Shown piece after piece: positions 9,838-19,277 of a DNA stretch of 64,000 bases (the first letter of the stretch is position 1; each line of letters starts with the position of its first letter). The DNA comes from an uncultured Gemmatimonadota bacterium. GTDB lineage: Bacteria; JAAXHH01. The stretch is from assembly GCA_951812955.1 (NCBI GenBank), contig OX638340.1, forward strand, positions 1,152,001-1,216,000, written 5' to 3'. A program made the translations under genes and the position numbers. The notes under the pieces are model-generated. The model did no database searches. It was given only the letters and a program-made list of their open reading frames with translations, and was not told where the DNA came from.

Positions 9838-10980
9838 TCAGTTGTCGTGAGTGATCCGGTAAATCATTCCGGCGTAATCGTCTGATACGAGCAGGGATCC
9901 GTCCGGCATGACCTCCACGTCGGCCGGACGCCCGTATACCTCCTCGTCCTCGAGCCAGCCCGCGGCGAAGTCTTCGTACCCCACGGCCTCGTTGCCATCC
10001 AGGCGCACGAGGGTGATCCGGTACCCGATCTTGCTGTCCCGGTTCCAGGATCCGTGCTCTGCAATAAACACCTGGTGTCGATACTCGGACGGGAACATGC
10101 CGCCGGTGTAGAAACGCATACCCACCGCCGCGACGTGCGGGCCGAGTTCCTGCGCGGGCGCCACCATGGAATCAAGTGGACGTTTGCCGCCGAATTCGGG
10201 ATCCGGAACGCCGATGCCGTGGTGATAGGGGAAGCCGAAATGCTGACCTGATTCGGTCACGCGGTTCAACTCGTCCGCCGGAATTTCGTTCCCCATGAGG
10301 TCCCGCCCATTGTCGGTAAACCAGAGTTCGCCGGTCGCCGGATGCCAGTCGAAGCCCACGGTATTTCGCACGCCGCTCACATAGACTTCCAGGTCCGATC
10401 CGTCCGGGTTCATGCGCATGATGGTCGCATAACGCGGATCAGAGCGCTCGCAGACGTTGCACGGTGCGCCCACGGGAACGTACAGCTTGCCGTCGGGGCC
10501 GAAGCGGATGAACTTCCACCCGTGATGACGGTCGGACGGAAAACCCCCGTTGACCACGACGGGTTCCGGTGGATCTTCCAGGCGGTTTTCGATGTCGTCG
10601 TACCTTAGAACCCGGCTGACCTCGGCGACGTAGAGCGCTCCGTCACGGAACGCGACGCCGCTCGGCATCCTGAGCCCGCGGTCCAGGACGATCACCTCGT
10701 CGGCGGCGAAGTCCCCGTCCCGGTCCCGAACGGCGTAGACGTTCCCTGCGCGGCGGGAACCGACGAAGAGGGTGCCGCCGGGTCCCATGGCCATCGCCCG
10801 CGCATTTTGAACGCCCTGGGCGTAAACGGCGATCCTGAAGCCTTCGGGCAACCGGATACGGGACAGGAGCGGATCGGTTTCCGGGTTACCGGCTCCAGGC
10901 GCGGGCGTAGTTCCACACGCGGCGGCCATCAGGAAGACCGGCAGGAAGAGGCATGTTAAACAAAGGCGGATTGGGGTCAT
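9838..10980 (-). CDS. PQQ-dependent soluble sugar/aldose dehydrogenase (YliI/sorbosone dehydrogenase family), lipoprotein
   Basis: Beta-propeller glucose/sorbosone dehydrogenase motifs. The signal peptide with a lipobox Cys starts at internal Met ~10980; the ORF extends to 11076. Confidence 0.65.
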   Translation of the reverse strand: MTPIRLCLTCLFLPVFLMAAACGTTPAPGAGNPETDPLLSRIRLPEGFRIAVYAQGVQNARAMAMGPGGTLFVGSRRAGNVYAVRDRDGDFAADEVIVLDRGLRMPSGVAFRDGALYVAEVSRVLRYDDIENRLEDPPEPVVVNGGFPSDRHHGWKFIRFGPDGKLYVPVGAPCNVCERSDPRYATIMRMNPDGSDLEVYVSGVRNTVGFDWHPATGELWFTDNGRDLMGNEIPADELNRVTESGQHFGFPYHHGIGVPDPEFGGKRPLDSMVAPAQELGPHVAAVGMRFYTGGMFPSEYRHQVFIAEHGSWNRDSKIGYRITLVRLDGNEAVGYEDFAAGWLEDEEVYGRPADVEVMPDGSLLVSDDYAGMIYRITHDN

Positions 10981-11188
10981 TGAAACGGGTCGGCGGTGAT
11001 CGTTGCAGGCATGTAGTTCGGCCGGAGACGCGGCAGTTTTCGACAGGGTGCTGAATTCAGATTCTGCTCCATCCATGATATAGATTCAAGCCGCACAAAT
11101 CAAGGGCAAACTGATGCTTGCTTTTGTCCGTATCGACCGTTAACGTTTACCACGAGTTCGCCAGAATCCGTCGCATCGAGAACCGGTC

Positions 11189-12526
11189 ATGTCGCGTATC
11201 GAACGTCTGCACACAAATGGTATGGAACCGTATCCCGCCCGGGCCAACAGGTCGCACACGGTGCGGCAGGTCCGGGAATCCGGCGCTGTACTGAGTCAAT
11301 GCGTGATTTCCGGCAGGCTGGTCCAGCTGGATCCGCAGGCCCGGAGCGGCGTGCTGAAAGACTGGACGGGCACGGTCGACCTCGCCCTGGACGAACCGGC
11401 CCTCACCCACGTCCTTCCAGTGCTTTCCAAGGGCGACCTCGTGGAATGTGCAGGTACGTGGAAGAACGGCGTACATACCGTTTCCGCACTGAGGCTCCTG
11501 GCGCCCTGCCTGCGTGAAGCGCCTGAACCGGCAGCGGCCGATGCCGTGCGCATCCGGGAGCGTCTCATGGCCGGAACCCGTTCCTTCTTCGAGTCTCGCG
11601 GTTTTGTCGCCGTAGACACCCCCGCCTTCATGACAGTACCGGACCTGACACCGGCGCTGCGTTCCTTTCGAACGGAATACGTGGACGGCGAAGGCGGAGC
11701 CCGTCCTTTCTATCTGCAGACTTCGCCCGAACATTACATGAAACGCCTACTGGCGGCTGGATGCGAACGGATCTATCAGATTTGCCGGTTTTACCGAAAC
11801 GGGGAACGTTTCGACACCCACCATCCCGAATTCACCGGTTTGGAGTGGTACGAGGCCTATGCAGATTACAATACGGTCATGGACACCACCGAGGACTACG
11901 TGACTTCACTGGCCGAGATGCTCGGTCACTCCGGCAAACTGACCTACCAGGGGACCGAGATCGACCTCCACACCCCCTGGCCGCGATACCGGTTGCGGGA
12001 CATCTTCCTGGACAGGACGGGTATCGATCTGGATGATTGCGATTCGGTGGACGCCTTCGCTTCCATGGCCCGAAGCAGGAAGTTCGAGGTGCGGGGCGAC
12101 GATGACTGGGACGACCTATTCCATCGCGTCTTTCTTTCGGCGGTGGAACCTGCCCTGCCCGCCGGCAGGCCGGTCTTTCTGACGGAATATCCCGCCCGGT
12201 TGCCGTCGCTTGCGCGGTGCGTTCCCGGCAACGCCAGGTACGTGGAACGCTTTGAACTCTACATGGGCGGACTGGAACTGGCCAATGCCTTCACGGAGTT
12301 GAACGATCCGGAGGAACAACGTGCCAGATTCGAGGCTGACCTGGAGATTAAGCGATCCCGGGATGGGCGGGAACGTTACGACGGCAACGTGGACGAGGCG
12401 CTGTTGGCGGCCCTCGAATACGGAATACCCCCGTCGGGCGGTATCGCCTTGGGGTTGGACCGCCTGGCCATGCTTTTTGCCGACGCGCGCACAATCGATC
12501 CCGTGATCATGTTCAGGGATTACTGA
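11189..12526 (+). CDS. Class II lysyl-tRNA synthetase-like protein (LysS/EpmA family)
   Basis: Class II motifs FYRNGERFDTHHPEFTGLEWY and GGLELANAFTELNDPEEQRARF precede an N-terminal OB-like domain. At 445 aa it is intermediate between EpmA and LysS. Confidence 0.65.
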   Translation: MSRIERLHTNGMEPYPARANRSHTVRQVRESGAVLSQCVISGRLVQLDPQARSGVLKDWTGTVDLALDEPALTHVLPVLSKGDLVECAGTWKNGVHTVSALRLLAPCLREAPEPAAADAVRIRERLMAGTRSFFESRGFVAVDTPAFMTVPDLTPALRSFRTEYVDGEGGARPFYLQTSPEHYMKRLLAAGCERIYQICRFYRNGERFDTHHPEFTGLEWYEAYADYNTVMDTTEDYVTSLAEMLGHSGKLTYQGTEIDLHTPWPRYRLRDIFLDRTGIDLDDCDSVDAFASMARSRKFEVRGDDDWDDLFHRVFLSAVEPALPAGRPVFLTEYPARLPSLARCVPGNARYVERFELYMGGLELANAFTELNDPEEQRARFEADLEIKRSRDGRERYDGNVDEALLAALEYGIPPSGGIALGLDRLAMLFADARTIDPVIMFRDY

Positions 12527-12601
12527 CCGACGATTACTGACCGACAATTACTGACCGACTATTACTGGCCGACTATTATCGACCGACGATTATTGATCGA
12601 C
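12518..12601. repeat. 6 x 14-bp tandem repeat (consensus GATTACTGACCGAC) starting at the lysS-like stop codon
   Basis: Six consecutive 14-nt units with 1-3 mismatches each. The first unit contains the last codons GAT TAC TGA of the upstream gene. Confidence 0.9.
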
Positions 12602-12644
12602 TTTAGATTGTCCCAAACCCAATTAACGTACAGAGGAGCGTGGC

Positions 12645-13670
12645 ATGAGGGCACTGATGTATCTGGGAACGCGCAAGATGGAAATGCAGGAGGTTGAAGA
12701 ACCCCGGGTTTCGCCTGGTCACGTCGTGCTGAAGGTAGGCGCGGCGAGCATCTGCGGTTCGGACCTGCACGGCTTTCTGGGAAAGAGCGCAAAGCGCGTA
12801 CCGCCCCTGGTGATGGGTCACGAATTCACCGGTGAGGTCGTGGCCCCGGATCGGGGCGCGGAGGGGCTGTCAGTAGGAGACCGGGTCACGATCAACCCGA
12901 TCCTGTCCTGCGGCCGGTGCGAGGAATGCCTTCGGGGACGCACCAGTATCTGTCCCCGCAGAACGGTCATCGGCATCGAGCATCCGGGCGCCTTCGCCGG
13001 CTACGTCTCCGTTCCGGCGGAATCGTGCTTCAAGCTGCCGGACCACGTGGGCGATCTCGAAGGCAGCATGGTCGAATCCCTCTCGAATGCGCTGCACATC
13101 TTCGACCGGAGCCTCCATGGATTCATCCGGAGCGTGGCCGTCATCGGCGCGGGGACACAGGGGCTTCTGGCCCTTCAGGTGGCCCGGCATATCGGGGCGA
13201 CCCGCATCGCGGTGACGGACATGGTGCCTTCCCGCCTGGAGCTGGCCTCCAGGTTGGGCGCTACCCACGTCATCGACGTGCGCGCGGAAGATCCCGTGGA
13301 AGCGGTGATCGAAATGACGGATGGACAAGGGGTGGATCTGTCGGTCGAAGCCGTGGGGCACACCGCGACGCAGGAACAGGCCGTGCGGATGCTGCGGCAG
13401 GGCGGCGAAGCCGTGCTGCTGGGCCTGGGGGCCGAGGCGCCCATGAGCATCGACGGCGTAGCCATGGTCAACCGGGAACTCGTCGTCCGCGGCTCCTACG
13501 CCTACACAAGTCTGGACTTCGCCTATTCACTGGAACTGATTTCCACGGGCAGGATCGACGTTGCGTCCATGGTCGTCGCACGGGACCTGGAGGAGGGGCC
13601 GGGTATTTTCACGAAGCTGGTGGACGACCCGGGGGATTTGATCAAGGTTTCGCTGGTGCCGAATCCCTGA
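12645..13670 (+). CDS. Zn-dependent medium-chain alcohol/threonine/sorbitol dehydrogenase
   Basis: GHEFTGEV, CGRCEEC structural-zinc motif and a Rossmann GAGTQG. Confidence 0.8.
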   Translation: MRALMYLGTRKMEMQEVEEPRVSPGHVVLKVGAASICGSDLHGFLGKSAKRVPPLVMGHEFTGEVVAPDRGAEGLSVGDRVTINPILSCGRCEECLRGRTSICPRRTVIGIEHPGAFAGYVSVPAESCFKLPDHVGDLEGSMVESLSNALHIFDRSLHGFIRSVAVIGAGTQGLLALQVARHIGATRIAVTDMVPSRLELASRLGATHVIDVRAEDPVEAVIEMTDGQGVDLSVEAVGHTATQEQAVRMLRQGGEAVLLGLGAEAPMSIDGVAMVNRELVVRGSYAYTSLDFAYSLELISTGRIDVASMVVARDLEEGPGIFTKLVDDPGDLIKVSLVPNP

Positions 13671-13763
13671 TACAGCCCGAATGCGGGTTGGCAGATCGAA
13701 GCCGATCCATCAACCGCAAGCAGCATGGTTGTCGGGGAAGCGGCCCGGCGGCCCGGTAACGGA

Positions 13764-16700
13764 TCAGCGGCCGGAGCCGTGCAGGCGCATGGCTTCTCTG
13801 AAACCCTCCTGAGAGACCCACCGCGTATTGTAGGTGTCCCGGTATTTCTGATGATCAACACTGTTCGGGTAATGGGCTTCGAGACCGTAAGGGTATCGGT
13901 CCATGCCGCGGAAGGGCAGGGGTTCGATCGTCGCCGCTGTCGCCGTGTTCAGGTCGCCTTCCTTGAGCCACCCATCGGTATGCAGAACGAAGTCCCTTTT
14001 CCAGCCCGGCGGTGGTTCGGGAAGGTCATTCGCTTCGAAGGTCACTGCGATTTCCTCTCCCGAACTGTAGACGACGTAACGGCTGTCCGATTTCCGCAAC
14101 AGGGCCGTGACATCACCGTACCGCGTCCTGTATCCCTCGAACGGCAGCCACTGCGGTTCGGCGCTCAGCGTCTGGTAGTCTCTGACGAAAGGACCGAGGG
14201 GCGCCGTCCGGTATTCCCGTGAGTAGCCGCGGTAGTGAAGATCGGCGGACAACGGTTGCAACCGGGTGATCGTTCTTTCGACCCGTTCCGGCTCGTCCAC
14301 GGTGAAAAAGGCCTCGCTCCAGTACAACTCCAGGTTGGTGGTGAGCCTGACGCGGTAGTCATCGGCGGGGAAATGGCCCGTCAGATCGACGAATATGGTC
14401 TTGTGTTCCCCCGAAGGAAAACCGGTGTATGGAATAACGGTACGCCATTGCCCTGCGCGGTCCGGCGTTTCCAGGTACGGCGGTATCACGGCGGTGTTAT
14501 TTCGCTGGGACAGGGCCAGGTTGGAGCTGGGCTCCACGGGCATGATCCAGCCGCAAAGGTACAGGTGGATCCGTTCGGCCCCGCTCAGATCTCCCAAATC
14601 CAGCGTGATCGAATGCGTCTCGGGAACGCCCTGGAATTCCCCGAGTTCGAAGTCACCCACGTACAGGCTGTCCCGTGCCGCGAGACGGGGCAGGATGTCG
14701 TTTCCATTGTGGTCTCGGGCGGCCAAGGGCGGGCGCGGGTCGGTCACGGTGTGGATCTCCAGTCCCGGATAGGGCGGCGGGAGGTACTTTTCATCTACGT
14801 AGATGTCTGTCTCCGCCGGGTGATCGACGACCAGCAATTCCATTTTATCCATGTACACCGCGTCCCATAACTCTTCTACGACACGGACTTCGAACTTTCC
14901 GTCCCGCTCCCGCAGTTGGTCACCCCGGATCTTCACGTAGTCGTTGGCCGCATCCGGATAGGCCGGTGCGCCGGTTTCCGTCAGGGCGCCGATTGCACTG
15001 CGTGTCATCAAGTGCGTGACGAACTCGTACCGCGCGCCGTTCCAAGTGTACAGCGACGGACAGGAGCCCTTAAGCCGCTGGGGTTCTACGATCAGCATGC
15101 GGGACTCCGGATCGATCCGGTTCTGGGGTACGCCGTTGCTCCAGATGACCCGGATAACGTCCGCCTTTTCGCGGCTGCCGAGACCTGCGTGGGAAATGGG
15201 CCCGTCGACCAGCAATGCCTGATAATGTGCGCCGGCGTTGACTTCGATGGTGGATCCAATGCCGTAGAAATTGTTCTTCCCGCTTCCTTCCAACGCCGCG
15301 GCGAGCCGTATGTTGAGCCACCCGTTCGCATTGCCGCCGTCATTGCGGAGCGCGATGATCCGGCCTTCGGACAGCAGCACGAGATCGAGATCGCCGTCGC
15401 CGTCCAGGTCGCTCTTTTCTACGGCTTCGACGTTGCCGGGCAGTTCCGGCAACAAGGCCGCCTGTTCCTCGAACCGGCCGTTCCCCAGGTTTCTGACCAG
15501 CCGGAGTCCGGAGCGTTCCGGGACCGACGTCCCGGCAAGGACCAGGTCGATGAACCCGTCGTTGTCGAAGTCGACAGGCCGAACAACGGCGGGATCAAGG
15601 CCTTCGCAGGCTCCGCCCAGTATCGCGGGTGTGTCCTGCCCGGCGAACCGTACGCCGCCTTCATTCCAGAACAACCTGCATCCATCGATTCCGGATCCCG
15701 CCATGAACAGATCCAGCGCGCCGTCGTTGTTGAAATCGGCGGCCGCGACCATATGCGCCTTGCCCCACCCGATGTCGCCGAACCGGTCCGTCCAGTCCAA
15801 CCACCTGCCCTGCCGTACGTTTCGGTAGAGCCGGTGCGATTCATCTTCAAACAGCGCGACCACGTCCACGGCTCCGTCCCGGTCGAAGTCTCCCCAGGCG
15901 AGCGCCTGACCGGCCGAAGGGAGAAAATCGCCTTCTGCCGCCCCGGCGGGAACGCCGCCTGCCGCCTCTTCGAAACCCGTGGAGGCCGTGGCTTCTTCAA
16001 ACAGTCCGTCCTCCGTATGACGGTAGAACCGGAGCGTCCTCATGTCGGACACCAGGATGTCCAGGTCGCCGTCGTGGTCGAAATCCACTCGCGCAACGGA
16101 TACCGGTGAAGTCGATCCGGTCCATTCAAAGGACTGCGCGAGGACGTAGGTTCCGTCTCCTGCATTATGAAACACCCGCGACTGCCCCGATCCGGCGGCG
16201 AACAGGTCGGCGTCGCCGTCGTTGTCGAAGTCGCCCGTTGCCAGCCTGAAGTCGCCCGTTGCCGGCCCGATATCCGCATCCTCCCCTCCCCTGGCCCAGG
16301 GGATCGAAACCGATTCCCAACCTTCTACTCGGTTGCGCAGCACGACCAGCGCACCTGTACCCGCCAGCACCAGATCCGGGCGGCCGTCCCCGTCCACGTC
16401 CGGCAGCGCCAGGTCTGTCCACGTCCCCGGCGCTTGAAGCGATGCCCCGATCAACGCGTCACCCGCGTCCACGAACCGCATGTCGACGAGGGAGTCCGCG
16501 TCCATGACGGCGAGGCCGGGCGGTGCCGAACGGAAATTGTAGAGCGGTGGCGACTGCTGCGTTGGATCTCCCAGTCGATCCCGAGACCGGCGGTAGGACG
16601 GATCCACGACGAGCAGGTTGCCCAGGATCCCCGCGTTGAATTCGGCTTCGTCAGCGTCCCTACGTTTCAGCGCGTCAAGTGTCCTGTCGAGCCAGGTCCG

Positions 16701-17330
16701 TACATCGTCCGAAAGGGGGACGAGCAACGAGGCCATCCGATCATACCCTTCGACGGCCTCGACGATCCTGCCCATACGGACCAGGGTCTGGTTCAGCTCG
16801 ACGAGTAAGGCCAGGTTGTCCGGTTCGTACGCGAGCATCGCCCGCAACTCGTCCAGTGCATCTTCATCCCGGTGGGCCGGTCCCCGCTGCCTTCTCATTT
16901 CAGTTAGATACTTGTACCTGAGCACCACGTTGGACTCGTTGTGTCCGACCGCGTGCGCAAGCATGTCAAGGGCGCGTTCGCGGTCTCCCCTCGCAGCCGC
17001 GATATCGGACCGGATGGAAAGGACTTCCCCATCCTGCGGGGCGAGATCCGAGGCCCGGTCTATGGCCGCTTCGGCGTTCTCTAAATCCTGCAGTTTCAGC
17101 AGCGCAATGGCCATGTTCGCGTGACCGAGGGGTTCTCGGGGCACCAGCCGGACCAGCGTCTGGAAGGAACCTGCCGCGCCTTCCGGATCATTCCGGTAAA
17201 GATAGGCCAGGCCGGTGTTCTTCTCGGACAGGGCTTCCACCCATACGTCGCGGGAAGGGGATGTATCACCGCATCCCGCGAGCAGGAAAGCGGCCAGTGA
17301 GAACCCGAAAATGGCGGTTGATGTCCGCAT
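13764..17330 (-). CDS. CRTAC1/ASPIC-UnbV family protein with N-terminal TPR repeats and FG-GAP/VCBS repeats, lipoprotein
   Basis: Repeated DFDNDGDxDL motifs, a C-terminal UnbV/ASPIC-like region and a signal peptide with LAGCG lipobox. The start may be Met 17351 or 17330. Confidence 0.7.
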   Translation of the reverse strand: MRTSTAIFGFSLAAFLLAGCGDTSPSRDVWVEALSEKNTGLAYLYRNDPEGAAGSFQTLVRLVPREPLGHANMAIALLKLQDLENAEAAIDRASDLAPQDGEVLSIRSDIAAARGDRERALDMLAHAVGHNESNVVLRYKYLTEMRRQRGPAHRDEDALDELRAMLAYEPDNLALLVELNQTLVRMGRIVEAVEGYDRMASLLVPLSDDVRTWLDRTLDALKRRDADEAEFNAGILGNLLVVDPSYRRSRDRLGDPTQQSPPLYNFRSAPPGLAVMDADSLVDMRFVDAGDALIGASLQAPGTWTDLALPDVDGDGRPDLVLAGTGALVVLRNRVEGWESVSIPWARGGEDADIGPATGDFRLATGDFDNDGDADLFAAGSGQSRVFHNAGDGTYVLAQSFEWTGSTSPVSVARVDFDHDGDLDILVSDMRTLRFYRHTEDGLFEEATASTGFEEAAGGVPAGAAEGDFLPSAGQALAWGDFDRDGAVDVVALFEDESHRLYRNVRQGRWLDWTDRFGDIGWGKAHMVAAADFNNDGALDLFMAGSGIDGCRLFWNEGGVRFAGQDTPAILGGACEGLDPAVVRPVDFDNDGFIDLVLAGTSVPERSGLRLVRNLGNGRFEEQAALLPELPGNVEAVEKSDLDGDGDLDLVLLSEGRIIALRNDGGNANGWLNIRLAAALEGSGKNNFYGIGSTIEVNAGAHYQALLVDGPISHAGLGSREKADVIRVIWSNGVPQNRIDPESRMLIVEPQRLKGSCPSLYTWNGARYEFVTHLMTRSAIGALTETGAPAYPDAANDYVKIRGDQLRERDGKFEVRVVEELWDAVYMDKMELLVVDHPAETDIYVDEKYLPPPYPGLEIHTVTDPRPPLAARDHNGNDILPRLAARDSLYVGDFELGEFQGVPETHSITLDLGDLSGAERIHLYLCGWIMPVEPSSNLALSQRNNTAVIPPYLETPDRAGQWRTVIPYTGFPSGEHKTIFVDLTGHFPADDYRVRLTTNLELYWSEAFFTVDEPERVERTITRLQPLSADLHYRGYSREYRTAPLGPFVRDYQTLSAEPQWLPFEGYRTRYGDVTALLRKSDSRYVVYSSGEEIAVTFEANDLPEPPPGWKRDFVLHTDGWLKEGDLNTATAATIEPLPFRGMDRYPYGLEAHYPNSVDHQKYRDTYNTRWVSQEGFREAMRLHGSGR

Positions 17331-17355
17331 CTTGCGTCCCTCTGATCTCAAAGGA

Positions 17356-18102
17356 TCAAAACCGGTTGATGACCATCAGTTCGCTGCCGCCGCCACGCGC
17401 CACGCGCTTCACGGCTATGGCGATCCTGTTTTCCCTGTCAAGGGCGTTCCAGTACGTCCCCATGACCTCTTCCGCTCCGCCTCGCAAGGGCATGACCAGG
17501 GGATCGCCCGTAAACCCCGGCAACGGATCGCCGTCGCCCATGTAGGTCGTCAGGCACAGTCCCAGTCCTGCCGGAGGTGGCGTCGGAGCGTAGGTCGCGC
17601 GGTCGGTGTGGGCGGGATCGACGGGATTTGCTCTGAGCACGCTCAAGGAAACGGCGGGCGTCCCGGTCAGGTCCAGCATGCCGCTGATACGGGGCGTGTA
17701 GTTCGGCGCGTCCGGCTCCCGTTCCCTCGTGGCCAGGGCGGCGTCGAAGGTGCCGCCCCTGGTCAATGCATCTCGGATCGTCAGAGACTGGTCGCCGTTG
17801 GCGACGATATAAAGACCCGGCAGCTCGAGCATGGCCGGATAGATGATCAGATCGGGATTGTCCAGCCTGGATGGATCGGCCGGCATGGTCCGAAGTTCGG
17901 CCCCGTCGACGATGAACCGACGGTTACGGCTGCGCTCGCTCCGGCCCATGATCCAGTAGACTACGAGCCAGGCATCGTCTTCGGCCGTACGGCCGATGAT
18001 CAGGCCCCGCCCAGGGTAGCGGTTACCGTCGATATGCCGAGAAAAGTTCTGATCCGGGCTCAGCCTGGCGTGCATGGGGCGTTCGTTAACCGGTCCTGTC
18101 AT
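17356..18102 (-). CDS. PurO-like protein (resembles archaeal-type IMP cyclohydrolase, IMP_cyclohyd fold)
   Basis: Segments GRGLIIGRT...VYWIMGRSERSRNRRF...NPDLIIYPAM...YIVANGDQSL...TPRISG match my recollection of PurO. The start overlaps the upstream ATPase stop (ATGA). Confidence 0.4.
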   Translation of the reverse strand: MTGPVNERPMHARLSPDQNFSRHIDGNRYPGRGLIIGRTAEDDAWLVVYWIMGRSERSRNRRFIVDGAELRTMPADPSRLDNPDLIIYPAMLELPGLYIVANGDQSLTIRDALTRGGTFDAALATREREPDAPNYTPRISGMLDLTGTPAVSLSVLRANPVDPAHTDRATYAPTPPPAGLGLCLTTYMGDGDPLPGFTGDPLVMPLRGGAEEVMGTYWNALDRENRIAIAVKRVARGGGSELMVINRF

Positions 18103-19268
18103 TTGAAAAGGCTCAATTGATCGGGGCTGATGTCGAGGGTTCTCTCCGAAGGTGCCCGGTCCGGTGCGATATCGCGTTCCAGGAGCAACAAGGCGTCCCT
18201 CACGTCTTCAGCCATCTCCGCATCCGAACCTTCGTGGACGGGTTTCAACAGCAGGACTTCCTCCCGTTCGATACCGGGGTCGGATAGCAGGGCCGCGCTG
18301 TGCGTGCTGATCAACACCTGCCTGCCGGCGTTCCGCTGCATGCGGAGAATCAATACGGCGAGTCGGTTGACGATGCCCGAATGGAGACAGAGCTCGGGTT
18401 CCTCCAGCAACAGCAGTGAATCCCCTTCGAGGAGTGCCCACAACATGCCGATAAGGCGCAGCGTTCCGTCGGAAAACTGGTCTTCCCGCTGTATACCCGC
18501 CCGAGGCCGCCAGTGGGCGTATAGCGCCTGGAGATGGGGACGTCCGGTCTCCCGGTCTCGTACGAATTCGAGTTGTTCGAGCCGAGGCACGGCCAACTTG
18601 AGCACCTCCTCGATCCGGGACAGGCGGGCCTTGCGGGTCCGGTCATGCTCCCGTGCGATTCTGTCCAGGAAATCCTGGCCGTATGGATCGCCTTCGAGTG
18701 TTTGACCACCGATCAGATCCGTGTGGCGTAGAAGCGACGGTACCAGGTGATGGTAGGTGATGGCTTGAAAGAACCGGGCTATGTCCCGGAAATCACGGTT
18801 GGCGGTGATCTGTTCGAGGTAGGTCTGGGTAAGCCGCACGATGTCTTCCCGGTCGTCCTCGTTCGGCCTTTCGAGAATGACGGCCTCGTCCCTGATCACC
18901 CGTTCGAGCGTGATCAGCGTATGCCGGTTCCCCCGGGCCTGCTGCTTGAGCCCGAGTTCGTAGCGCCAGGTCTCATGCCCGTCTGCCGGATCGGAAAATC
19001 GGACCTCGATGGCGATATCGGGATCCCTGCGCGCGGCGAGATTCCGGATCTTGGTCATTCCGCCCCGGTCCGCGACCGCCTTCTGCAGTCCGCCGCCCTC
19101 GATCTTGGCGATATCCCGGAGGAACCGGAATACGTCCATCAGGTTGGACTTCCCGGACGCGTTGGGTCCGACGACGAACTGTCTTTCTCTCAGATCGGCG
19201 TCGATCCGCGGGAAATTTCGCCAGTTTCTGACTTTAATGTGACTCACGTACATGTGCCGCTCCGGCAA
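18099..19268 (-). CDS. ABC-type/AAA_21-family ATPase (OLD N-terminal-like, no nuclease domain)
   Basis: Walker A GPNASGKSN, signature/D-loop LLLLEEPELCLH and H-loop ISTHS. 389 aa with no Toprim or HNH domain. Confidence 0.7.
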   Translation of the reverse strand: MPERHMYVSHIKVRNWRNFPRIDADLRERQFVVGPNASGKSNLMDVFRFLRDIAKIEGGGLQKAVADRGGMTKIRNLAARRDPDIAIEVRFSDPADGHETWRYELGLKQQARGNRHTLITLERVIRDEAVILERPNEDDREDIVRLTQTYLEQITANRDFRDIARFFQAITYHHLVPSLLRHTDLIGGQTLEGDPYGQDFLDRIAREHDRTRKARLSRIEEVLKLAVPRLEQLEFVRDRETGRPHLQALYAHWRPRAGIQREDQFSDGTLRLIGMLWALLEGDSLLLLEEPELCLHSGIVNRLAVLILRMQRNAGRQVLISTHSAALLSDPGIEREEVLLLKPVHEGSDAEMAEDVRDALLLLERDIAPDRAPSERTLDISPDQLSLFK

Positions 19269-19277
19269 TCCGGTGTA

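Noticed and set aside
12917-13759. 280-aa ORF overlapping the alcohol dehydrogenase in another frame
   Set aside because: Arg/Gly-rich nonsense. The adh frame has clear Zn-ADH motifs.
13671-13763. Possible bidirectional rho-independent terminator between the convergent adh and CRTAC1 genes
   Set aside because: Only weak CCCG/CGGG stems without a U-tract, so not convincing.
14916-16109. 397-aa + strand ORF inside the CRTAC1-like gene
   Set aside because: Antisense to a gene with strong FG-GAP repeat signatures and no motifs of its own.
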